Assembly: GCA_049322915.1 (NCBI GenBank)
Contig: JBMOPW010000014.1
Location: 408,983-472,982 of the forward strand
Length of the DNA: 64,000 nucleotides
Direction of reading: 5' to 3'
Origin: Candidatus Zhuqueibacterota bacterium
GTDB lineage: Bacteria > Zhuqueibacterota > Zhuqueibacteria > Thermofontimicrobiales > Thermofontimicrobiaceae
This document shows, in pieces, positions 49,975 through 58,513 of the stretch. The translations under genes were made by a program, and so were the position numbers. Below the pieces are notes generated by a model. The model had not been told where the DNA came from and did no database searches. It worked only from the letters and a program-made list of their open reading frames with translations. How positions within the stretch are numbered: the first letter of the stretch is position 1; the number at the start of each line of letters is the position of its first letter.

Positions 49975-51207
49975 TTAATTTGGATACCAATACCCGCAAC
50001 TGGAGCAACTTGATGTGCTGACCGTATCGCATGTGCAGACCGTGTTGCAGCTACAGATGGTGTCGCACGTGCAGGCAAAACCACCAGGATAAGTCTCATC
50101 GTAAACTTCTTCCGTCAGGGCAGGGTCATGCAGTGACTTGATGAACTTGCCACTTAAATCCCACAGATAAATGTGGCGATCATCTCCGGCAGATGCGAAC
50201 ATGGAATTATCTGGACTAAAAACGACGCTAGTCACCCACCCCGAATGAGCTTGCAAAGTGTTCAGCAGGGAACAAGCGGGAAAGCTTCTGATCTGAAAAG
50301 ACGAATCACCGCCGCTGATGACCATCGCGTTGCTGTATTTATTGATGTCAAAAGTTTGGATGAAAGGGGAGTTCGTATGAAATGATTTGTACAGAATGCC
50401 TTCAGGCAACAGCCAGACATCGATGAGGTCACCGATAAAACCGGATGAGACCAGGAACATGCCATCCGGACTGAAAGCAAGAAGCGCCGCTGAATAGGTG
50501 AGATTAATTGTTTTTTTGAGATTGCCGTTTGGCAATCCCCACAATTTGATGGTCTGGTCACTACTTCCTGATGCTATTGTCGCACCATCCGGGCTGATGG
50601 CGACTGCGTTGATGTAAACCAAATGTCCCACGAGCGAGTTAATCTCTGTATTATCGCGCAGGCTCCATAAATTCACAGTTAGCATATGTCCGGCCGTCGC
50701 CAGCATGGAACTGTCAGGACTGATAGCAAAGTCATTGCCGATGAACCTGCTCCTCATGACGCCGTCGGGCAAGTTCCAAATAGTGATGATACTATCTGTC
50801 GCCCTCGAAGCAAGCATGGTACCATCCCGACTGTAAGCCACTTTTTTTACAGCATAATAGGGTGATGCGTCAATTGTCCGCACCAGACTACCATCGGATA
50901 CGCGCCACAGTTTGACTTTTCTGTCGTCGCTACCAGACGCCAGCATTGTCGCGTCGGGGCTGAAAGCGACTGACGAAATGGATGAGCTATGAGCAAACTG
51001 AATGACTTTTTTCCGCTGCGCTTCCGTTTCCTTCGAGGATGTTGGATCTTCACAACCGCTGAGAGTTGAGCCCAAAGCAATACCTGATGTGATTGCCGAG
51101 CCAAGCCCGAGAAAATTTCGTCGCGACAGAGATTTGTCGTCCTTGGTTTTTTGGATGGCGTAAATCTCCGGTTCTTCAGGCGATTTCAATCGTTGTTTTT
51201 TCATCAT
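49975..51207 (-). CDS. Tat lipoprotein with 7 WD40 repeats and Cys-rich tail ending SCGYWYPN (putative modification substrate)
   Basis: SRRNFLG plus lipobox LSGC; seven WD40 blades; tail CTCDTICSCNTVCTCDTVSTSSCSSCGYWYPN; AGGAG RBS. Confidence 0.85.
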   Translation of the reverse strand: MMKKQRLKSPEEPEIYAIQKTKDDKSLSRRNFLGLGSAITSGIALGSTLSGCEDPTSSKETEAQRKKVIQFAHSSSISSVAFSPDATMLASGSDDRKVKLWRVSDGSLVRTIDASPYYAVKKVAYSRDGTMLASRATDSIITIWNLPDGVMRSRFIGNDFAISPDSSMLATAGHMLTVNLWSLRDNTEINSLVGHLVYINAVAISPDGATIASGSSDQTIKLWGLPNGNLKKTINLTYSAALLAFSPDGMFLVSSGFIGDLIDVWLLPEGILYKSFHTNSPFIQTFDINKYSNAMVISGGDSSFQIRSFPACSLLNTLQAHSGWVTSVVFSPDNSMFASAGDDRHIYLWDLSGKFIKSLHDPALTEEVYDETYPGGFACTCDTICSCNTVCTCDTVSTSSCSSCGYWYPN

Positions 51208-51353
51208 TTCATCTCCTGTAATAGGGTGAAGTGTTGAATCCCCATTGTGGAAATTAAATAGAATTTTAAAGATTCACGATTCACTCGATTTCGGCTATCG
51301 GTGATCATTGGCCATTAAAGCAGAATCGTGCGCGGTGAATGTTTCTTGTTGAA

Positions 51354-53018
51354 TCAATTTGGATACCAGTAACCGCAACTGGCGCAACTGCTGCAACTGG
51401 AACAACTGCTGCAGCTTGAACAGCTACTGCATGAAGTGCCGATGGTGACTGTATCGCACACACAGGTAATTTCACCGGTCAAAGAAGTGCCTGTGGAAAT
51501 GGTGATGGTATCGCACGTGCACACAAGATTGCAGGTGCACACAGAATTGCTGAAAACTGGCTCTCGCTGTTTGACGGTGCGGCAATCGATTTTTGTCACC
51601 AGCGCCGGATCGTAGAGGCACCAGTATGGATTGCCGGTTGGCATTGTCCAGAGCTTGAGCGTGAGGTCCCAGGCGCCGGACGCCAGCATTGCGCCGTCAG
51701 GAGTGAAGGCAATCGTCATGACTGTGTAAGAATGTCCGGAAAGGCTTTTTATTAATTTTCCATCCGGCAGGCTCCACAGCATAATTACGGTATCCAGCCC
51801 GGCGGACGCCAGCATTTTCCCATCCGGGCTGACGGCGATCGTGATAACGGAAAAGCTGTGTCCCTGCAATGTTTGCAGCAAAGTGAATTTTAATTGATCG
51901 TCAGATGCTGAAACAGGGTTTTTCTTGTCGCACCCGGAAATCACCGAGGCAACGGCGGCGGTCGCGCCGATGAGCAACGCCGTATCGCTCGCTTTTCGTC
52001 CTGAGCCATGGCTAACCAATTCATTTTGAAGTGGAATTGGGGATGGTGGCTCACCGCTGATGCGGTCGGAATGATTGCGCTGGCTTCCATGAAGCGCTAT
52101 AAATGCTGTCAGCGCAGCGACCTTATATTCATCCGATTGTTTTTCAATGAGCAATTCGCCTGGTGGGTTTTTCGTGACGAAATTCTCTCCGGTCCCAGAA
52201 ATGCTCCATACTTTGATTGTTGTATCCCCGCTGCCGGAGAACAGGCGTGTGCCGTCCGGGCTGAACTTGACCGATGAGACGTATGCTGCATGGCCATCCA
52301 GAGTTTTCAGCAATTTCCCATCTGGGATTCTCCAGATTTTGATGGTTTCATCGACACTGCCAGAAGCCAGCAGCGTGCCATCCGGGCTGAAACAGACTGT
52401 ACTGACGGTTTCAGTATGGCTTTTGAATGATTCCAGCAATTTGCCATCAGGCAGGCTCCACAACTTAATCGTTTTATCCACGCTGCCGGAAGCCAGTAGC
52501 GTGCCATCCGGGCTAACTGCCAGACAATAGATATCGCCAACATGGCCGCTTAGCGTTTTCAGTTGCACCCCATCGGATACGCGCCATAATTTAATGAACG
52601 TGCCTATCCCCCCTGAGACCAGGATCGTCCCATCGGGGCTGAACGCCAGACAGTAAATTTCCGATGAGCTATCTTCGATCGTCCGGCTCAAATCTCCATT
52701 CGGCAGATTCCAAAATTTGATTTTTTTATCGTTGCTTCCGGATGCCAATAGTTTTCCGTCATGGCTGATGACGACAGAGTAAATTCCATTTGTATGGGCA
52801 GTTACATTATTACATAGTTCACTGGAGAGTTTACCACCTTCTCCCACTGTTTGGGCCATCGCACGTTTTGCCCCATTTGCGCCAAGCATCACACCAGCGC
52901 CAATCCCCAGACCTAATCCCACAAAATTTCGCCGGCTGATACCATAATCGCTTTTGCTTTTTTGAAGTGCAAATATCTGTGGCGCTTCTCTCTTGCGGTT
53001 TCGATTTTTTTTATTCAT
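51354..53018 (-). CDS. Tat-exported WD40 protein (7 blades, ~100-aa insert) with Cys-rich tail ending SCGYWYPN
   Basis: SRRNFVG plus AMA cleavage site; seven GH..WD-type repeats; tail CTCNLVCTCDT...CVCDT...(SSC)n-ASCGYWYPN; AGGAG RBS. Confidence 0.85.
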   Translation of the reverse strand: MNKKNRNRKREAPQIFALQKSKSDYGISRRNFVGLGLGIGAGVMLGANGAKRAMAQTVGEGGKLSSELCNNVTAHTNGIYSVVISHDGKLLASGSNDKKIKFWNLPNGDLSRTIEDSSSEIYCLAFSPDGTILVSGGIGTFIKLWRVSDGVQLKTLSGHVGDIYCLAVSPDGTLLASGSVDKTIKLWSLPDGKLLESFKSHTETVSTVCFSPDGTLLASGSVDETIKIWRIPDGKLLKTLDGHAAYVSSVKFSPDGTRLFSGSGDTTIKVWSISGTGENFVTKNPPGELLIEKQSDEYKVAALTAFIALHGSQRNHSDRISGEPPSPIPLQNELVSHGSGRKASDTALLIGATAAVASVISGCDKKNPVSASDDQLKFTLLQTLQGHSFSVITIAVSPDGKMLASAGLDTVIMLWSLPDGKLIKSLSGHSYTVMTIAFTPDGAMLASGAWDLTLKLWTMPTGNPYWCLYDPALVTKIDCRTVKQREPVFSNSVCTCNLVCTCDTITISTGTSLTGEITCVCDTVTIGTSCSSCSSCSSCSSCSSCASCGYWYPN

Positions 53019-53038
53019 TACGGTTACTCCTTCTGGAA

Positions 53039-53455
53039 TTATGGTTCGTAATGCACATCATTCGCAGGAATACATATTCCCTGTTGCACGAACTGCAACG
53101 CAATTTCCCGGACACGCTGAAACCCTTCATCAATGGGAAGTTTGTACTCCGATGAAAAATTCATACTAATCAAGTGAATACCGAGTCCCTGTTTGATATG
53201 GGATAGAAAAAAGACTTCTGGTGATCCTTTACAATACTGACCAAGCGGTTCGTCGTTTTTATTGACAATAAAAATATCACCGGCGTTCTCTTTAATAGCA
53301 ACATTGTCCCGCACACGGAATTTGAGTTGTCGGAATTTGTTCTCATCCAGCTTCCATAAATCCGTCAGTTTAAAATGACGATGCCCGTCGCATTCTTCTT
53401 TTATCATATAAATATGGGACAGTAACTCTTTGAAAAAATAACGTCGTTGAGTCAT
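53039..53455 (-). CDS. Hypothetical protein, possible RRE/PqqD-like C-terminal half
   Basis: 138 aa with AAGGA RBS; C-terminal ISMNFSSEYKL...VREIALQFVQQGIC resembles PqqD winged-helix helices. Confidence 0.5.
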   Translation of the reverse strand: MTQRRYFFKELLSHIYMIKEECDGHRHFKLTDLWKLDENKFRQLKFRVRDNVAIKENAGDIFIVNKNDEPLGQYCKGSPEVFFLSHIKQGLGIHLISMNFSSEYKLPIDEGFQRVREIALQFVQQGICIPANDVHYEP

Positions 53456-53512
53456 GGCGTCCTTCCTTAAAACGTGTTCTCTGAGCGCCTATGTTCATCA
53501 TCAGGCGCTACG

Positions 53513-54370
53513 TTATTCAAGCCGGGTGATGAATTGGAAATTGGACAACCTGCCCCATTTCTCTTTCATGCACGTATCCGAAATCGATTGCGGCCGAGGC
53601 AGGAGACGGTCATTCATGTCATAGTAATAGCCTTGAATATTATTGATCCGCGCGCAACCGGCGAGTGTGCCGTCCGGATTCACTGTAACGCCATTGAAAA
53701 ATGCGCCGCACGCGTAATTGAATCCGCAGCAGTTCGGCGCATGCCCCGGATATATGCCTAATTCCAGGCTGAGCCTTTCGTAGTTGTATTTAAACTCTTT
53801 CCACTCGAAATAGTCGAGCATCTGGTCCGGATTCCCCACGTAGGGAGTGACATTGTTGAACAACGAATTGGTATTTTTAGCGACGGCCAGCACTTCACCG
53901 TAACAATCTTTGTTCAAAAGCGATACCGTGTAACTGATCCAATGGTTCAGGCCGGCGTCGTTCAGCATCGTCAATGCTTCGACGGCTTTGGTATAGACGC
54001 CCTGACCGCGAATGATGTCATTGATTTTTTCACTCCCGTCCAGCGAAATCTGAACGCACAGCTTTTCTTTGTACGGCAACAGAAGCGTCACATATTTATA
54101 AATCAATGTACCATTGCTCAATATGGAAACCCGATCGAATTGAGAAAAGCAATACTCTAAAAATTGAAAAAACTCCGGGTGCAGTAATGGTTCGCCGCCA
54201 CTTAAATAAATGACAGACATGTTCTGTCTGTTGCGCAGAACGTGTTTTATGGTTTCAAGTATATCTTTGAACAGGAGGAAATCCATTGACTGGGCTCTAT
54301 CATGCTTTCGCGCGTAGCACGAAATGCATTTCAGGTTGCACGTTTCCAGTAATCGTAAATGAAACCACAT
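53513..54370 (-). CDS. Radical SAM protein with short (Twitch-like) Cys-rich C-terminus
   Basis: CNLKCISC, SGGEPLLHP, QISLDG, CC....CGA...VNPDG...GC. Confidence 0.9.
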   Translation of the reverse strand: MWFHLRLLETCNLKCISCYARKHDRAQSMDFLLFKDILETIKHVLRNRQNMSVIYLSGGEPLLHPEFFQFLEYCFSQFDRVSILSNGTLIYKYVTLLLPYKEKLCVQISLDGSEKINDIIRGQGVYTKAVEALTMLNDAGLNHWISYTVSLLNKDCYGEVLAVAKNTNSLFNNVTPYVGNPDQMLDYFEWKEFKYNYERLSLELGIYPGHAPNCCGFNYACGAFFNGVTVNPDGTLAGCARINNIQGYYYDMNDRLLPRPQSISDTCMKEKWGRLSNFQFITRLE

Positions 54371-54379
54371 GGTTCGCCT

Positions 54380-55534
54380 TTACTTGGGGGTGACAGCGAC
54401 AATGGCGCCTTTTTTGAAAATCGAAACAGGGGCAAGCGTTTTCAATGTCAAACCGTGAAAGCCATTGATTGAAATCTGCCGCTTGCTCCACTTGTCCGGA
54501 TGAATGAATTCTATCCTGCCTGAGTCATCGTACACAAGGCACGTTTCCAGATATTCGTCATCAATAATTTTTTCAAACGGTTGTCTAAGCAAGGCGATTA
54601 TGTTCTGTCGTCGTTTTTTCACCTGCATCCGTTTATTGATTGTCGAGCAGAAATTGAAGTTCAGCCCGCTGCCAGTGTCGGCTAACGCAGTGAGTATTTC
54701 TGTGACGACACCGGCGCTATCCATTGAAATTTCCGTGATATGTCCATCTTCAAACATGATTTTCCTGAAATGCTCAGCGTTCAAGCATGCGGAATGCGAT
54801 TGGCTCTCTTTCATCAACTCGTGCACATTGAGAAATTTTACGCCGGCGTCTTCGTAGCCCGGAATGGCCATTAAAAGTGCGGCTTTATCTCTCAGCAACA
54901 ATGGGATTTCGACGGTAATGTTCCTGATTTTCTTTGCTGCATATTCCATAATTCGCATGACATGAATGTCATCGTATCCGGTAGCGGCTGTGTTGAACCT
55001 GATTTCGTCAAGCGCCAGATCGGAAAATGAATCGACCTGGCGCTCCGTGAGTTGAACGCCATTGGTATAGAGCCAAAAATAATTATCTGGAAATTGACTT
55101 TTGAAAAATGTCAGCAGATCGGCGGTCCTTCGGAACTTGCATAACGGCTCGCCACCAGAGAAGCTGATCCCCCTGATATGAACGCGCTGGTAATTAGTGG
55201 CGATCTGTCGTTTATCCCGACCCAGCGCTGAAAGCGGTACACCCGGCCTGTTCTTTAACGTGCTGATGCAAAATTCGCAGTCGAGGTTGCACGTCGGTGT
55301 AACGAACAGACAATCCCAATGACCGCTCTTGCACAGCATGCACCCGGGCGACAGCTCCCCTCGGCAAATAGTCTGGCTATCACGATCCACCCGAATTCCA
55401 GGGAACTGCCGGGCGATGCTGTCCTGATATTCGCACCAGATGGCTTGCAGTTCAGTGATATTGGTTTGTTGTGTCGGAGCGCTCGCTAACAGACTCGCTA
55501 CAAACGCCGGAATTGTACACTTCGTGTTTTTCAT
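54380..55534 (-). CDS. Radical SAM protein (non-SPASM, PGCxxC N-terminal type)
   Basis: LSPGCMLC..G...LFVT..CNLDCEFC, SGGEP, LYTNG, LDEIRF, VEIP; start uncertain, overlaps upstream gene. Confidence 0.85.
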   Translation of the reverse strand: MKNTKCTIPAFVASLLASAPTQQTNITELQAIWCEYQDSIARQFPGIRVDRDSQTICRGELSPGCMLCKSGHWDCLFVTPTCNLDCEFCISTLKNRPGVPLSALGRDKRQIATNYQRVHIRGISFSGGEPLCKFRRTADLLTFFKSQFPDNYFWLYTNGVQLTERQVDSFSDLALDEIRFNTAATGYDDIHVMRIMEYAAKKIRNITVEIPLLLRDKAALLMAIPGYEDAGVKFLNVHELMKESQSHSACLNAEHFRKIMFEDGHITEISMDSAGVVTEILTALADTGSGLNFNFCSTINKRMQVKKRRQNIIALLRQPFEKIIDDEYLETCLVYDDSGRIEFIHPDKWSKRQISINGFHGLTLKTLAPVSIFKKGAIVAVTPK

Positions 55535-56600
55535 ATTCAAATAACAACCGGTTGATCCGGCACCGCAAACTCTGTGTGACCGGGTAAGCGGCTTCGTGGC
55601 TCAATCTGCACAGATCAGGGCAGCCTCTCACGCATGAGTCCTGCACTTCGCACCTTACGCATTCCAGGTAAAGTTTGTGGGCGGAGCATTCTAAATCCCG
55701 GACCTTGTTAGTATTGATTAAAAATCGATTTGCTTCTACATCGTAATGCCCAATGGCAAACAAGCTTTCAATGGCTTCATCGTCTTTGAATAAACAGGCA
55801 GAGGCAATCCCGCGCCGTCCAATGAATAGGACATTTTTAAAAAAATTGCAATACGGTCCATGCTGTTGATTGCTGCGATACCCGGAGTAATTGATCATTC
55901 CACCGGCGCGGGACACTATTTTTTTTGCTCTGAGAAAATTGAACACAAAGATATCCGGTTCAGGATAGAGTGCATTCCCGACACTCAAGCGGTACACGGG
56001 TTCCACCTGAAATTCGCGCAAGCCCAGGTCATCGATGAAATGTGTCATGATTGGCGCCAGCAGATGTGCATTGTGCCTGGTTACAGTGATCCTGATGACA
56101 GGTATTTTCCGATTTTCGCTGAGAATGCGTAACGCAGCCATCACGCTCGGGTAAGTACCGGTTCCCGAAGTATGCCGTCTCTGAAAGTCGTGCGCATTTC
56201 GGTCACCGTCGAGAGAGAGACAGATACGATCGAAATGGTTGGCGATCCAGGAATACTTATAATCCTCCATGCACCCATTGCTAGTAATGAATGAAAATAA
56301 TGACAATCCTCTTTGCCGTAGCATGGCTGCAATGAATTCATGTATTTTTTTCAACAGATCAAACTGAAGGAGCGGTTCGCCGCTGCCCTGGAATCCCAGA
56401 TAGAAAGGTTTCCGTTTGTTCAGGCAGTTGTCGACAATCAACTCTGCCGCACATTGGATGCAGTTCAGAAAATCGTTCTCGTGCAGGTAGTGGTCGCAGG
56501 AGTGGTGATTCTGGGGCCGGGAATAACAGTAAAGGCAATCCAGGTTGCACTCCGAGCCGAGGCTAATTGTAAGACAGAGCGGTGAAAAAAGCATGTCCAT
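55452..56600 (-). CDS. Radical SAM/SPASM maturase
   Basis: CNLDCLYC, GSGEP, TSNG, SLDG, CVRC.....CVRGCP...C. Confidence 0.9.
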   Translation of the reverse strand: MDMLFSPLCLTISLGSECNLDCLYCYSRPQNHHSCDHYLHENDFLNCIQCAAELIVDNCLNKRKPFYLGFQGSGEPLLQFDLLKKIHEFIAAMLRQRGLSLFSFITSNGCMEDYKYSWIANHFDRICLSLDGDRNAHDFQRRHTSGTGTYPSVMAALRILSENRKIPVIRITVTRHNAHLLAPIMTHFIDDLGLREFQVEPVYRLSVGNALYPEPDIFVFNFLRAKKIVSRAGGMINYSGYRSNQQHGPYCNFFKNVLFIGRRGIASACLFKDDEAIESLFAIGHYDVEANRFLINTNKVRDLECSAHKLYLECVRCEVQDSCVRGCPDLCRLSHEAAYPVTQSLRCRINRLLFEYEKHEVYNSGVCSESVSERSDTTNQYH

Positions 56601-56914
56601 ATAAACAGTCAGGTAATTTTTTGTCCAACCTGTGCTAAAAACAGTGGAGGCGCGTGAGTTCAGGAGAAAGATTTTTTCAGGGTGTTAGGTCAATTGGATT
56701 AGTCATTGGCAGATGACTGTCTGACAGGTTTGACATTGTGTTGTTTCAGAAATCATTTATTCCGGTTTTGAGTTCACTCAGCAGGGATGATTGGAAAGTG
56801 AAGAGGCTGTCGGATCAGGTCGCCTATGTGCGTGAACTATCGTGGAGGTAATTCGAATGGATGGAGGCCGGCAACCTGTACAGCAACGCGTTATGCATCC
56901 TGCTATCTCATGAC

Positions 56915-56942
56915 AAGATAATAAATATTATCAAAATGTCAA
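56915..56942 (-). promoter_or_regulatory. Candidate sigma-70 promoter for the radical SAM cluster
   Basis: Minus strand TTGACA-N16-TATCTT about 315 bp upstream of the first gene. Confidence 0.45.
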
Positions 56943-57132
56943 TTGGAATTTTTGAAAGCGGAAGATTCTTCCAGTTCGATTGGCGTTAGGGGTATTGATG
57001 CGTGCGTGTCTTCCGCGCGCGGGGTCCGCTCATGAAAAAATCAGAACAGCGACGACGAGACATTTAGCTGCCAGAAGCAGAAAAGAGCGACACGCGCGAC
57101 TTAAAAAAATTGAGGTCGTAAAAATTTTTCAC

Positions 57133-57161
57133 TTGCAATTGCATCATTTATTTTTTATATT
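57133..57161 (+). promoter_or_regulatory. Candidate sigma-70 promoter of the MarR/GbsR gene
   Basis: TTGCAA-N17-TATATT. Confidence 0.55.
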
Positions 57162-57164
57162 TGA

Positions 57165-57186
57165 ATCGTTTGTTTAATTTCAAACA
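57165..57186. promoter_or_regulatory. Putative repressor operator 1 (ATCGTTTG-N8-CAAAC)
   Basis: atcgtttg-tttaattt-caaaca just downstream of the -10 box; second copy at 57714. Confidence 0.6.
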
Positions 57187-57200
57187 ATACAAACTTACCT

Positions 57201-57674
57201 ATGACTCCATCCTTAAAACAAGAATTTATTCAGGATTTCGGCGAAGCCTATCATATCTTTGGGTTGCCCAAACTCATGGGACGTATCGTGGGGCTGATGC
57301 TGTATGTGGAAACACCGATAAGCCTGGATGAAATTGCCAGCCAGCTCAATGTGAGCAAAGGCCCGGTGAGTCAAATCATTCGTCGGCTCAAAGATCACAA
57401 CTTGATACGGCGAATCTGGATGCCAGGCGACCGCAAGGATTACTACCAACCAGAGGCTGAGATTTTCGGAAATGCATTTCGGAATCATGTCGGATTGATG
57501 AGACGGAATCTGGAATTAGCGCAGAAATACCAGTCAAAATTGAAGACTAAAGGATCCGACGAAAATTCCATCTTTAAACAACGAGTGGAAGACATGTATC
57601 AATTTTACCAGTTGATGCTGGATTATTTCGATAAATTTTTAAAGGACTGGCAGGAACAGCGTTCAGTAGAATAA
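57201..57674 (+). CDS. GbsR/MarR-family transcriptional regulator
   Basis: GLPKLMGRIVGLM, SLDEIASQLNVSKGPVS HTH, PGDRKDYY. Confidence 0.9.
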   Translation: MTPSLKQEFIQDFGEAYHIFGLPKLMGRIVGLMLYVETPISLDEIASQLNVSKGPVSQIIRRLKDHNLIRRIWMPGDRKDYYQPEAEIFGNAFRNHVGLMRRNLELAQKYQSKLKTKGSDENSIFKQRVEDMYQFYQLMLDYFDKFLKDWQEQRSVE

Positions 57675-57713
57675 CGAACAACGTGACTTCGGGCGTCATG
57701 TTCTATTACATTG

Positions 57714-57735
57714 ATCGTTTGGAAAAAATCAAACG
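57714..57735. promoter_or_regulatory. Putative repressor operator 2
   Basis: atcgtttg-gaaaaaat-caaacg upstream of fabG. Confidence 0.6.
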
Positions 57736-57768
57736 TTTGAAAACTATGCAAATGAACAGGTGGTCATT

Positions 57769-58500
57769 ATGAAACGATTCGAGAACAAGGTCGTTGTCGT
57801 CACCGGCGGCGCTGCCGGCATTGGTGCGGTTACTGCGAAAAAGTTTGCGGACGAAGGCGCAACGGTTTTTATCTGGGACGTGAATGAAGCGCAGGCCAAT
57901 GCGCTCACTGCGGACACCAAACACATATTCTTTTTGAAGGTCAATGTCGCCGATGCGGCGAGCGTTCAGCACGCTGTGAAGGAGGTCATTACAAAATCGG
58001 GACAGATCGATGTGCTGATAAACAACGCCGGTATCACTCGTGATGCAACGCTGCTGAAAATGGAACTTGCACAATGGGACGCAGTGATCGATGTGAATTT
58101 GAAGGGCGTTTTCAATTGCACCCAGGCAGTGGCGCGGGTCATGGCCGAGAAAAAGTCCGGGGTGATCATCAGCACCAGTTCCGTTGTGGCGTTGTACGGC
58201 AATTTTGGTCAGACCAATTATGTCGCGTCGAAGTCCGGCATCATCGGCATGACAAAAGTATGGGCGCGGGAATTGGGCCGAAAAGGCATACGCGTCAACG
58301 CAGTCGCGCCGGGATTCATCGCCACCGATATGGTGAAAACCGTGCCGGAAAAAGTCATTGACATGATAAAAGAAAAAACGCCCCTGAATCGATTGGGCGA
58401 GCCGCAGGATATCGCCAATGCCTACTTGTTCTTAGCCTCTGATGAGGCAGCATTTATCACAGGGACAGTCATTAGCGTGGACGGTGGATTGATCATCTAA
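57769..58500 (+). CDS. fabG: 3-oxoacyl-ACP reductase (SDR)
   Basis: TGGAAGIG, NNAGITRD, GNFGQTNYVASK, APGFIATDM. Confidence 0.85.
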   Translation: MKRFENKVVVVTGGAAGIGAVTAKKFADEGATVFIWDVNEAQANALTADTKHIFFLKVNVADAASVQHAVKEVITKSGQIDVLINNAGITRDATLLKMELAQWDAVIDVNLKGVFNCTQAVARVMAEKKSGVIISTSSVVALYGNFGQTNYVASKSGIIGMTKVWARELGRKGIRVNAVAPGFIATDMVKTVPEKVIDMIKEKTPLNRLGEPQDIANAYLFLASDEAAFITGTVISVDGGLII

Positions 58501-58513
58501 CAAAAGGCACCCC

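Noticed and set aside
49962..50099. N-terminal extension of the 495-aa radical SAM ORF (ATRSAHAIRSAH)
   Set aside because: Alternate-frame reading of the Cys-rich WD40 tail; a TTG start with RBS at 49961 is more plausible.
56601..56980. Small stand-alone precursor peptide upstream of the radical SAM cluster
   Set aside because: No convincing Cys-rich or RBS-led short ORF seen on the minus strand by manual reading.
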